A DNA stretch of 60,956 nucleotides, filler included, from 8 parts of 8 records of this genome joined end to end with filler, not necessarily neighbours in it; one strand, 5' to 3'; positions 42,544 to 52,293 are shown, numbered from the whole stretch's first letter. Notes: generated by a model from the sequence alone, not told the origin. Program-made: numbers and translations.

Positions 42544-42643
42544 NNNNNNNNNNNNNNNNNNNNNNNNNNNNNNNNNNNNNNNNNNNNTTAATTAATTAAN
42601 NNNNNNNNNNNNNNNNNNNNNNNNNNNNNNNNNNNNNNNNNNN
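42544..42643. other. Artificial contig linker
   Basis: N-run, TTAATTAATTAA, N-run. Confidence 0.98.
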
Positions 42644-42655
42644 AAAAGGAAAATT

Positions 42656-42698
42656 AAAAAAATCCGCTTTAGTCAAAATGGACTTAGCGGATTTTTTT
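42656..42698 (-). terminator. Intrinsic terminator downstream of the ROK gene
   Basis: AAAAAAATCCGCT...AGCGGATTTTTTT hairpin. Confidence 0.75.
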
Positions 42699-42707
42699 AA
42701 TAATCTT

Positions 42708-43735
42708 TTATTTTCTTCTTATTGAAAGGTTTGGTACTAGGGCTTCTAGTGTTTTGGTGATTAGACCCTTCTTGTAATCCTTATGGAAGTTCTTTGACAA
42801 AAATACTTTTGGAAGCATATCTTCTATTAGGTCTTTTGCACAGATCTCCTTTATTCTCTCCAGGTGCTCATCACTTAGAGAGTTTCCAGCTAGGATCACA
42901 GAACTAGGGTTTAACATGCAAGAGGTAAAATTGATCATAGCTGATACCACATCACAGAATTCATCAAAATCCTTATACAATTTTTCTCCCCATTCAACTT
43001 GATTGTAGTAGGCTATTCCACCAGCATAGTTATTGTAACCAGTATAAACTTCTCCATTAATTAGTAAACCTGCACCTGGTGCAGTCTTCTCTGGAAAGAA
43101 TAGATACACTAAATCTCTCTTACTTCTATCTACAGCTAAACTTGGTTTCCTCTTGATGAAACCAATTACAGCTGAATTTACATTATTTTCAACAATTGAT
43201 GGAACTCCAAACTCATTTTGGAATTCATTTGATATGTCACAGCCTATTAACTTATCATAAGTAGATTGCAAAATCACACCTTCTCTATTTATACCAGAAT
43301 TTCCTATTCCGATCATCTTTATCTTAGGGTATTTTCCTAGTTTCTCCTTGGCAACAGCTTTTAAGTTTGTTATATTCACTTCATCAATCTCTACTATTTC
43401 ACTCTCAAGTGAAACACCCTCTAGGTCAATTACAGTTACATTTAACCGAGTTTTTCCACCTTGGATAAAAGGATATATCGTAAGGGCATTCATATAATCA
43501 AAGTTATATGAAAATTGCTGAGCTGGCCTTCCCCGTTGGATTTAACCTTCTTTTCCTCACTAATTTCGCCTTCCTCTAGAAAAACCTGCAAAATTGTACC
43601 AACAGTTGCTGTGGTTAGTCCAGTCTCTTTAGCAATTTCAGCTTTTGTGGCAACACGAAGTATTTTTAGTGCATTTCTAACTATGCCAATGTTTATCTCT
43701 TTTATAACAAGTACGTTTCCATTAATAGTCCCCAT
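42708..43735 (-). CDS. ROK-family transcriptional regulator (HTH plus ROK), frameshift near 43530
   Basis: ATKAEIAKETGLTTATV HTH; SNG|GRPAQQF restored by adding one G to a G run; VENNVN and GAGLLING motifs; AGGAGA RBS before ATG 43735. Confidence 0.85.
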
Positions 43736-43873
43736 CTGTTCTCCTAATTTATCAATATATGAATTGAGCTTTACATGACTAAGCCTAATTAAACCTGTCA
43801 TGTAAAGCTCCTATATTATAAAACTTTTATGTTATTCTGTATAGTTAAATCTTGATACTTTTGGCAAACAAAT

Positions 43874-45226
43874 CTATTTTGCACTTTCTAATTCAGAAAT
43901 TTTATTAGCAAATTGAGGTAAGTGATCTTTGTGAGCTACTAACATCTCATCAAGGATAGTTTTCGCTAACTTTCCTGATGGAACAATTGGATTAAGAGTG
44001 AAAGCCTGTATAGCTGTTCCGTAGTCACCAGTTACAGCTGCGTCAACTGTTACTTGCTCCATCGCTTTCATAACTTGCAGTAAACCTCTTTGCGCTGGTT
44101 TGAATTTACCAAAGTTAATTGGTTGAGGCCCTGATGCTGTGATAACAGATGTAATCTCAACTGCACAGTCATATGGCAGGTCATCCATTACTCCGTTGTT
44201 TCTAGTACTAACAGTCATATATGTTCTCTTATCATTGTAAATAGAGGCGATTAATTCACACGCTGCATCTGAATAGTATGCTCCCCCTCTTTTGCTTAAT
44301 TGCTCAGGTTTTTCTTTTAGATTAGGGTCTTTGTAAAGTTCAAATAATTCAGCTTCTGTTTTCTTTACAACCTCTGCTCTAGTTTCACCCTTCTCGTATG
44401 CTTCTAACTCCTCTTTTAACATATCATCACTTAGGTAGTAGTATCTATGATATGCACATGGTAACATTCCTAAATCTTTGATTTGCTCCTCTGCAAATGG
44501 AATATTAACTATATTTTCAACAGTTTTATCTTCATCGTTGAATAGCTTATCCATTATCTTATTTGTGATTTCATTACCTTTATTATCGTATACTTTATGC
44601 CAATGAAGGTGATTTAAACCAGCATAGTGGAAATATAAATCGTCAGGATTTTCTCCGATTGCTTCTGATTCTTTCATCGTATGTACGATAGGTACGTTAC
44701 ATAGCCCAACTACTTTTTCAAAATTACCGTAGTTTAGAACTGCCTCTGTAACCATACCTGATGGATTAGCGAAGTTAACTAACCATGCGTCAGGACAAAG
44801 CTCCTTCATATCCTCTACTATATCTAAAATTACAGGAATTGTTCTAAATGCCTTAAACATTCCACCTGCACCATTTGTTTCTTGCCCTATTACTCCATGA
44901 CTTAAAGGGATTCTCTCATCTTTTACTCTAGCGTCTAGAAGACCTACTCTTAATTGAGTCGATACGAAATCGGCACCTTTTAATGCTTTTCTTCTATCTA
45001 AAGTTAAGTGAACTTCCCAATCAAGACCTGCTTCCTCTACCATTCTCTTAGCTAAACTTCCAACAATTTCAAGTTTCTCTTTACCATCCTCTATATCTAC
45101 TAGCCAAATTTCAGAGATTGGTAATTCATCCTTTCTCTTGATATATCCCTCAATCAGTTCAGGAGTATAGCTAGAACCTCCTCCAATAGTAACAATTTTA
45201 ATTTTGTCTTTTTGTGGTGCAGTCAT
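43874..45226 (-). CDS. GH4 6-phospho-beta-glucosidase (LicH/CelF-like)
   Basis: IVTIGGGSSYTPE, GQETNGAGG, NFANPSG, GLCNVP, GLNH and KRGGAYYS; AAGGAGG RBS supports ATG 45226. Confidence 0.92.
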   Translation of the reverse strand: MTAPQKDKIKIVTIGGGSSYTPELIEGYIKRKDELPISEIWLVDIEDGKEKLEIVGSLAKRMVEEAGLDWEVHLTLDRRKALKGADFVSTQLRVGLLDARVKDERIPLSHGVIGQETNGAGGMFKAFRTIPVILDIVEDMKELCPDAWLVNFANPSGMVTEAVLNYGNFEKVVGLCNVPIVHTMKESEAIGENPDDLYFHYAGLNHLHWHKVYDNKGNEITNKIMDKLFNDEDKTVENIVNIPFAEEQIKDLGMLPCAYHRYYYLSDDMLKEELEAYEKGETRAEVVKKTEAELFELYKDPNLKEKPEQLSKRGGAYYSDAACELIASIYNDKRTYMTVSTRNNGVMDDLPYDCAVEITSVITASGPQPINFGKFKPAQRGLLQVMKAMEQVTVDAAVTGDYGTAIQAFTLNPIVPSGKLAKTILDEMLVAHKDHLPQFANKISELESAK

Positions 45227-45316
45227 TACAAATTCCTCCTTATGAAATAATTTTTTAAAAATCAAAGACATTATTAAAAAACACTTTTAAAAAGCCTTTT
45301 AATAAGTTATAATATA

Positions 45317-45345
45317 TTTATAACAAACTTTTATCAGATTGTCAA
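45317..45345 (-). promoter_or_regulatory. Sigma70-type promoter of the GH4 gene
   Basis: Minus strand TTGACA-17 bp-TATAAA with extended TG. Confidence 0.65.
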
Positions 45346-45521
45346 TTTGAATTTTACTAATTAATTTTACAACTTGATTTTTAAGTTCAAAAAGTTATAA
45401 TGTGAATATGGAATCTTAAGTAATTTTTATTAGTTAAATAGAAATAATTTTATATGTGAAATTTAGAAATTTAATCACTTTAATACCTATGATTTAATGT
45501 TTAATACGGAGGAAACAGACG

Positions 45522-46406
45522 ATGAAATATAAGCTACTAGCCAGTGACCTAGATGGAACTCTGCTAAATGAAGTTAGAACTGTGTCACGGAAAAATATAA
45601 AAACAATTCAAAAGTTACATAATACGGAGGTGCATTTCACCATAGCTACAGGTAGAAATCATACCAATGTAACAAAAATAGCAAAAAGTGTAGGAATTTC
45701 AATACCTGTCATCACAAATGATGGGGCATTGATAATTGATTTAGCAACAAAAAAACCAGTCTACGAAAAAAGATTTGATTTAGATACAGCAAAGGAAGTA
45801 ATAGAAGTTTTTAATAAATATGATATAGGTTATTCGGCACACCTTTTTGAGGGGACTTTTTTAAATAAAAAGTTCAAAATTCCAGCTAGATTCTTGAAAA
45901 GTATTTTAAAACCAAACTTAGCATTAATAAGTAGGATTTTTCACATGATAAAAGAGAAAGAAGAGTTTCTAATACTTAATCCTGATTTAATCCTTAAGAA
46001 GATAGAAGAGAACAATGATTTGCCATACAAATTTAGTGTATTTCCGAATGATGAAAAAATAGTGAGGCAAGTTGAAGCTGAGCTAAATGACAAGTTCGGC
46101 GATGTACTGAATGTAGTTGTGTCTCATGAGTCAAGTATGGAGATAGGGCTAAAGGGGGTGTCAAAGGCAACTGGTCTAATGATACTGGAGGAGCACCTAA
46201 ATGTATCTACTGAAGAGGTAATGGTGTTCGGTGATAACTACAATGATGTAGAGATGATGAAATATGCAGGATTTGGTGTAGTAATGGAGAATGCGCCAGA
46301 GGATTTGAAGAAGTTGGCAGATTTCGTAACTGATACTAATGAGAGGCATGGTGTGGGTAAAGCGATAGAGAAATTTGTACTTTCTCCGCTAGCAAGTAAA
46401 AATTAA
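45522..46406 (+). CDS. Cof-type HAD-IIB phosphatase
   Basis: ASDLDGTLL, ATGR, GVSKATGL and FGDNYNDVEM. Confidence 0.92.
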   Translation: MKYKLLASDLDGTLLNEVRTVSRKNIKTIQKLHNTEVHFTIATGRNHTNVTKIAKSVGISIPVITNDGALIIDLATKKPVYEKRFDLDTAKEVIEVFNKYDIGYSAHLFEGTFLNKKFKIPARFLKSILKPNLALISRIFHMIKEKEEFLILNPDLILKKIEENNDLPYKFSVFPNDEKIVRQVEAELNDKFGDVLNVVVSHESSMEIGLKGVSKATGLMILEEHLNVSTEEVMVFGDNYNDVEMMKYAGFGVVMENAPEDLKKLADFVTDTNERHGVGKAIEKFVLSPLASKN

Positions 46407-46486
46407 TAATGAAACACATTTAAGATTTCCTATTTCACGGAGGTCTTTTTTATTTACTCGTTTATAACATTTTGTCTTAGGTATTA

Positions 46487-46515
46487 TTTACTTGAAAATT
46501 CGAAAGTGGTATAAT
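46487..46515 (+). promoter_or_regulatory. Candidate promoter upstream of arginase
   Basis: TTTACT-17 bp-TATAAT with extended TG. Confidence 0.45.
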
Positions 46516-46575
46516 TGTAATGTAAATTTAATAAAAATATGAATTTGACATAAAGCTTATACTAGAGGAGGGCAA

Positions 46576-47478
46576 GTGAACAAAACATTTGAAATTATCG
46601 GAGCTCCATTTGGATTGGGAGCAAATAAAGATGGAAGTAAAGCCGCTTCATCTTTTTTGAGAGAAAATGGATTAAACAGCTTATTAGAAACAAGAAGAGG
46701 CTCTTATTGGAATATAAATATTATTGATTCAGGTGATGTTATTTTACCCCATTATGAAAACGAAGAAACAAGAATTGAAAAAGTAAAAAGGTTTAACCAA
46801 GAATTGAAAAATAAAGTCGCCGATTCATATCTAAAAGGAAATACACCAATAATCATCGGTGGCGATCATTCCATATCAATGGGGACATTAAGCGCGTCAG
46901 TTCAATATCTAAGAACACAAAAGGAAAATCCGAGACTAGGTATTATTTGGGTAGATGCTCATGCTGATATAAATCGACTTGAAGAGGGAAATCCTCATGG
47001 AAAAACATTAGCAGTTGCATTGGGTTATGTTTTTAGCAACTTAATGAAGGAGTTCAATATCTCAAACTATCTGAGTCCAAAACACATTAAATATATTGCC
47101 ATTAGGGATTTGATGCCTAATGAACATAAAACTATTCTAGAGAATAATATTTCTATTTACGGAATGGAAGATATAGAAGAAATGAGAATGAGAGATGTCA
47201 TAAGTAAAGTAATTGATGAACTTGAAAAAGAGGTTGACGGGATATTTCTATCCTTTGATGTTGATTCATGCGACGGAGCAATATATACTGGTTGTGCGAC
47301 ACCTGAAATTGGGGGATTAACAGCTAGAGAGGGCCTATGTATAGTAAGTGAAGTTTCGAGGTCATCAAAATTTATCGGGATGGATATTGTAGAGTATAGT
47401 CCAGCAGACGATACAGACTCTAAAACGAATCAATTAGTGATTAAATTGATTGATGCGGTATTGGGCTTTAGGAGGTAA
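46576..47478 (+). CDS. Arginase (ureohydrolase family)
   Basis: GGDHS, WVDAHAD.N, GNPHG, SFDVDSCD, GGLT.RE and MDIVEYSP; GAGGAGG RBS before the GTG start. Confidence 0.88.
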   Translation: MNKTFEIIGAPFGLGANKDGSKAASSFLRENGLNSLLETRRGSYWNINIIDSGDVILPHYENEETRIEKVKRFNQELKNKVADSYLKGNTPIIIGGDHSISMGTLSASVQYLRTQKENPRLGIIWVDAHADINRLEEGNPHGKTLAVALGYVFSNLMKEFNISNYLSPKHIKYIAIRDLMPNEHKTILENNISIYGMEDIEEMRMRDVISKVIDELEKEVDGIFLSFDVDSCDGAIYTGCATPEIGGLTAREGLCIVSEVSRSSKFIGMDIVEYSPADDTDSKTNQLVIKLIDAVLGFRR

Positions 47479-47483
47479 ATTCG

Positions 47484-47610
47484 CTAAAACAAGAATTATT
47501 TAAAATGTGAGAAGCGCTGGAGGACTTATAATCATCGCCATATTAAGGCGTGTTATTTTTGGCACAGTGATAAAAGTCGCAGGTTTATAGCGTCTATAAA
47601 CGAGTTAGGT
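47484..47610 (+). mobile_element. Degenerate attC-like recombination site
   Basis: Begins ...AAC shortly after the arginase stop. Imperfect arms GACTTATAATCATCGCCA / TGGCACAGTGATAAAAGTC. Ends in the canonical core GTTAGGT (GTTRRRY, 47604-47610). Confidence 0.5.
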
Positions 47611-47708
47611 TCAACTTAAAGTCGTATAAAATTTTTAAGAAATAAACCTCTTTTGTAACGCCATATAGGTAACACTAAACGAATTACTATTAGGAGAATG
47701 GATAATTT

Positions 47709-48983
47709 ATGGATACAAAAAAGATAATCGAAAAAGCTAAAATTTATGATAATGAGGATTTGCAATTTGAGCTCAAGCAAACTTCTAAATTTTTAAACAA
47801 AAAAAATAAACTTGACCCACATGAAATAGCTAAAATGATTTCAGGATTTGCAAATCGTGAAGGTGGTTATCTAATTATTGGAATTAAAGATGACGGAACA
47901 CCAGAGGGGCAGGATATTTTCAACATCTTTTCAACTTCAACTAAAACTGGCATTGATAAATTTAAGGAGTATATTATTAATAGTTGTAATTCCAAAATTA
48001 GTCCAATAATAAATATTGTTGTAACATATCATAATTATGAAAAATATGAATTCATATCTGTTTCTATTCCTAAAAGAATTTCAATTCCTCATGCTGTTGT
48101 TGAATGGACAGGAAATAAAATTAATAAAAGAACGTATTTCATTAAGACTAGTCATTCTTTTGATTTAGTTTCAGACTCTCAATTAGAATGGCTCTTTGAC
48201 GGTGGATATAAAGAAATAGAGGAAAGCAATTTTTTTTTAGAGGCTACAACCTTTAAAAACTTAAAAGGTATCCCAATACCTTTAAGAAACACAGATTTAT
48301 TATTACAGCCAAGAAGTACAGAAGAAGTTTTTGATTACCTTTTAAATTTAAATGATGATGCAAGGGAAAAATGCTTAAATAATACAAGTATAGGCTATAG
48401 AAAGGAATTATTTACAGAAATTCTTTTTTATTGCCTTTTTCATTCAGATATAGGAAGATTTAGAATTATTCATAGCGAGGCTATTAGTTTACCTTTACCA
48501 ACAAAAGATATGCTTCTTTCTTCAGCTTTAAATGTTGATATAACTGATTTTTTTAATAATTTTACGAGAAAAGTTTATTTCCCGCCACTTAGTAAACAAA
48601 CAATAAGAAAAGAGAAAAATAAAGTAATTCTTGAAATAATTAATGAGTTCATAGTTATAGAATTTCAATTATTTCTTACTTCATGGGGACTAGGGGTTTC
48701 TTCAATGAACCCATATTATGACATACTAATGAATGATTTTGGACAAGATCACTTATTTGAAAAATTTGAAACTTATAAATTTGTTTTAAAAACTAAAGTA
48801 AGAAGACTCTTTCCAGAAGTTATAAATCAAGAGTTCTATAGTTCATATGAATATGCAAACACTCTAAAAAAGAGAATAAAAAAATGTTGGGATATAAATT
48901 ATTATTTTGAAAACTTACCCCACTACAGAAAACTTTATTCTATAGAATATAAATTAAATAAAGTTTTAAAAAAGCTAAAATAA
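47709..48983 (+). CDS. Schlafen/AlbA_2 domain protein with unrecognised C-terminal region
   Basis: EDLQFELK and ISGFANREGGYLIIGIKD motifs; domain ends near IPHAV..YFIK; ~260 aa C-terminus with no motif I recognise. Confidence 0.85.
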   Translation: MDTKKIIEKAKIYDNEDLQFELKQTSKFLNKKNKLDPHEIAKMISGFANREGGYLIIGIKDDGTPEGQDIFNIFSTSTKTGIDKFKEYIINSCNSKISPIINIVVTYHNYEKYEFISVSIPKRISIPHAVVEWTGNKINKRTYFIKTSHSFDLVSDSQLEWLFDGGYKEIEESNFFLEATTFKNLKGIPIPLRNTDLLLQPRSTEEVFDYLLNLNDDAREKCLNNTSIGYRKELFTEILFYCLFHSDIGRFRIIHSEAISLPLPTKDMLLSSALNVDITDFFNNFTRKVYFPPLSKQTIRKEKNKVILEIINEFIVIEFQLFLTSWGLGVSSMNPYYDILMNDFGQDHLFEKFETYKFVLKTKVRRLFPEVINQEFYSSYEYANTLKKRIKKCWDINYYFENLPHYRKLYSIEYKLNKVLKKLK

Positions 48984-49043
48984 CCTAACACTAGACAGAT
49001 GAAATGAAAAAAACCACTTCATCTATGTCATTCAACGTTATAC
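48983..49043 (+). mobile_element. Integron attC-like site (61 bp)
   Basis: Inverse core ACCTAAC overlaps the stop codon. Stem GACAGATGAAATG / CACTTCATCTATGTC has extra unpaired bases. Core GTTATAC. Confidence 0.7.
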
Positions 49044-49063
49044 GAAATCAAATAATTAATTAG

Positions 49064-49163
49064 NNNNNNNNNNNNNNNNNNNNNNNNNNNNNNNNNNNNN
49101 NNNNNNNTTAATTAATTAANNNNNNNNNNNNNNNNNNNNNNNNNNNNNNNNNNNNNNNNNNNN
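49064..49163. other. Artificial contig linker
   Basis: N-run, TTAATTAATTAA, N-run. Confidence 0.98.
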
Positions 49164-49235
49164 ATGAATATCTCACGGTCAATGCGTTGTGAGCTTTCAT
49201 CCTTGTTGTGGCAGGTGGTCTGCCATGGCTGATAT

Positions 49236-49898
49236 TTATAAAAGCGCCTGCTTGACGCACTCCAACCCAATCCTGTCGATCATTCGTCCCATCCGTTCTC
49301 GTTTGGAATGTTCGATATAGTATTGAATGATTTTGCTGACCATCTTTTCCGCGGCTTCAAAGGAGAGGTCTTCGATGAGCAGATCCGCCAATCTGGGTCT
49401 GGCGGAACCGTTTCCTCCGATGGTAATGGTCCATCCCTTTTCTGTGCCGTATAATGCGATATCTTTGATGCAGTTTTCCGCGCATTGAATTTTACAGCCG
49501 CTGACGCTCATTTTCATTTTACTGGGCAATTTCATGCCATGATAGTTGTCATCCAGCAGTTTTGCCATTTTTACGCTGTCCTGTTTTGCCAAACGGCAAT
49601 AGTCGATGCCCGGACAAACCTTGACGCTTCGCATGCAAAGGCCGGTGGCATGACCGGGTTCCATCTCAAGCGCTTTCCAAACCGCATCCACCTCATCTTC
49701 GGCAATGCCGATGATGGCGACTCTTCCGGCACTGGTCAATTTCAATTCAGCGATATCGAATGTTTCAACCACGGTGAGCAATTTTTTCAGATGTTCCGGC
49801 TTGACCAACCCGCAAGGGAAGTGGGGAACTATGGCGTAGGTTGGGGTTTCTTTTCCGCGTTGACGAATAACCCCTTTTTCTCCATCTTTGAGCATCAT
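49236..49898 (-). CDS. Small stand-alone nitrite/sulfite reductase ferredoxin-like plus 4Fe-4S domain protein
   Basis: KLTSAGR, SVKVCPGIDYC and LPSKMKMSVSGCKIQCAE (Cx5C...Cx3C ligands), ERMGRMIDRIG. Confidence 0.8.
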   Translation of the reverse strand: MMLKDGEKGVIRQRGKETPTYAIVPHFPCGLVKPEHLKKLLTVVETFDIAELKLTSAGRVAIIGIAEDEVDAVWKALEMEPGHATGLCMRSVKVCPGIDYCRLAKQDSVKMAKLLDDNYHGMKLPSKMKMSVSGCKIQCAENCIKDIALYGTEKGWTITIGGNGSARPRLADLLIEDLSFEAAEKMVSKIIQYYIEHSKRERMGRMIDRIGLECVKQALL

Positions 49899-49915
49899 TA
49901 CCTCTAAATAATTTG

Positions 49916-51291
49916 TTATAACTCGAGCATCAGCACCCGGGAATTACGATAGCGATTGTAATTTGATTTTCTTTTTCAGGCAAAGCATCCGGAGTTGCAT
50001 GAACAAATCCAAAGCCGTAGAACCAGTCGGCAGCCCGCGTGGTCAGTAAAAACAGGCGGGACAATCCTCTCATGTGGCCCAGATGAATGAGATGTGCCAT
50101 AATGCCTTGTCCTACACCGCGGGATTTGTATGAGGGATTGACGGCAATGGCGCCGATTTCTCCGCTGCTTTCATCCAGATCGAAGAGTGCCCCGCATCCG
50201 TAAACCGCTTTATCCACTTCATAGATGTAGTAATTTTGGATGTGGCGGGAGACATCCGCTTCCGTTCGCATCACCAGATTCCCCTTTTCCACATAATCGT
50301 TGAGTAGCTGCATCAGTTCTGCCAGGTCCTCTTGACGGGCGGATCGAATATGCGCATGACGGTTGGAGTAGATCATGGTGCCGCCACTGCCCCCGCTTGA
50401 GAAGACCTCATTTAAGAGGGTGCCTTCCCGTTTCCCGGAGATGATGTGGATCCGTTTGACGCCGTTGTCGCCGGACGTCACCTTGAGGGCGCTTTCCAGC
50501 CACTCTTTTTCAGACAGGGATAACAGAGCGGAATTTTGACGGCATTGCGCCAGAATCTCCCGGACATGATCGAGATCCAGATTGGAAAAAAGCCCGGTGG
50601 TTTGAAGTTGTGCGCCGGCAGGAATGGTCATCCCTTTGGATGGAATCCCCTCATTCTCTCCAATGAAAAAGAGCTTGGATACGCTCAGATCCTTGCAGAG
50701 CGCGCAGGCCACATGGGTGGAATTGATGTTATAGGCATCGCCCCGGATATTGAGGCCGATGGGATGTACCACCGGAATAAAATCCTGCTTCAGCAGTTTC
50801 ATGAGAATATTCGAGCGGACACGCTCAACTTCTCCGGTATTCCGGAAATCCACGCCATCCCGGACCCCCAGGGAGCGTGCCTTGATCCAGTTTCCCATAA
50901 TCCCGTTCAAGCCTCCGGCCGACAGATGGGAGATAAGGCACTCCGCCACTTCCATGGCAGCCAGTTTCACATGGGGGAGAGCTTCGTCAGGGGTGATGCG
51001 GATCCCTTTTTCCATGCCGGTTTCTATACCTGCCTGCTGTAAATGGCGGTCGATGGTGGTTCGTGTACCAGGCACGATGATCACTTGGATGCCGGTTTCA
51101 TGGAGTCGGATAAGATCCTTCATGAGCGCTGGAAACAGGGGATCATCCAACAGTCGGTCGTCGATTTTCAGGATAAAAAGATGTCCTTTGAAGCGTCGGA
51201 TGTAATCAAAGACTTCACGGATGGCACTGACACTGGCGGGGTCGACATACCTTTGGGGCAGATAGGGGGATTTTATTGTCATTTGGGTCAT
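49916..51291 (-). CDS. argA: Amino-acid N-acetyltransferase (AAK plus GNAT); C-terminal frameshift near 49970
   Basis: AAK-like domain (YIRRFKG, GIRIT, GVDFRNTGEV) plus GNAT. The conserved tail YNRYRNSRVL is recovered in the shifted frame, with a stop at 49916. Confidence 0.88.
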
Positions 51292-51699
51292 TATGGAATT
51301 TTTGCCTCACGCTTTCCGATTTTTTTGACGTCAATGTCTATCATCCTTTCCGCTTTTTGACAATCGTCTACTTCATGCCGGAAAACTATCTGATTGGAGA
51401 CTTAAGGAATAATGGCCAATTAAAAAGTTGGATTTTAGCACTTTTTTTGCCATAACATGCTGAAATGATTAATAGTGAATTTGTCGATTTTGACTTTCTA
51501 CAAGATAGTCAAGGAATGGTAAGGTGGAAAGCGTAGTGCATTGTAAAATGCATACTTGTTTGGGAGTCGGGAGTAACGGATTACCAAAGCGTCAGGAGGA
51601 CGTTCCCTATCTCAAGTTTAATTGAACCATATATTTGGTATTATTAGAGACAGGCGAAGAGTAACGGGGATTGACTACGGAGCGGTTTGAATTAAGTTG

Positions 51700-52293
51700 T
51701 CATTGTTTTTTACAGGAACGAATATCTGATATCAGCTGATTTAACCGATCTTGGATAGCCAAAAGCTGTTGTAGCTCTTTTATGTCCGGGTAGTGTTTTG
51801 CCGAGTAAGCGAGTGCATAGTATTCAACGGTGTGGTCTTTGCCGTCGGTTTTTATACGAATGAGAGTTGTCGGCGCGTCGGCAACGGCAAATATCCTGCC
51901 ACTGTTTTTTGCAGACGTCATTACAGCTTTTTTAACGGCAGAAGGATCGAAATCGAAAAAATTATTTTGATCAATGGCAAATTGTAAGATGGCCTGGATT
52001 TCATGCTGGCTGATTTGGGTCTTGATTGGTTTCGATTTCTCATATGGTGAATTTAAAAAAATCGTTCCGTCTGAAGTGATTAACAGACGGGGCGCGTTAT
52101 TCGTTCGCCTCGTTTGTCCTCCCTGAAAATCAAAACTGATTAGAAGGGATTCAAGAGATTTCGGTATCAAATGTTCGGTTGTTTCATGAGTTGGTTCTCC
52201 AATGACAGAACCGGGAACATATGCAAGAACGGTGAATATAAAGCAGAGTATCTGCATAATCCGGTTTAGATAATTTTGATTTTTTACGTCCAT
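51700..52293 (-). CDS. Hypothetical exported protein
   Basis: 197 aa with a hydrophobic N-terminal segment; no motif recognised. Confidence 0.6.
   Translation of the reverse strand: MDVKNQNYLNRIMQILCFIFTVLAYVPGSVIGEPTHETTEHLIPKSLESLLISFDFQGGQTRRTNNAPRLLITSDGTIFLNSPYEKSKPIKTQISQHEIQAILQFAIDQNNFFDFDPSAVKKAVMTSAKNSGRIFAVADAPTTLIRIKTDGKDHTVEYYALAYSAKHYPDIKELQQLLAIQDRLNQLISDIRSCKKQ

Noticed and set aside
51300-51700. IS end or ncRNA in the argA upstream region
   Set aside because: Only a short repeat (GAGTAACGG twice) and a vague IS-end-like composition; no paired terminal repeats or transposase.
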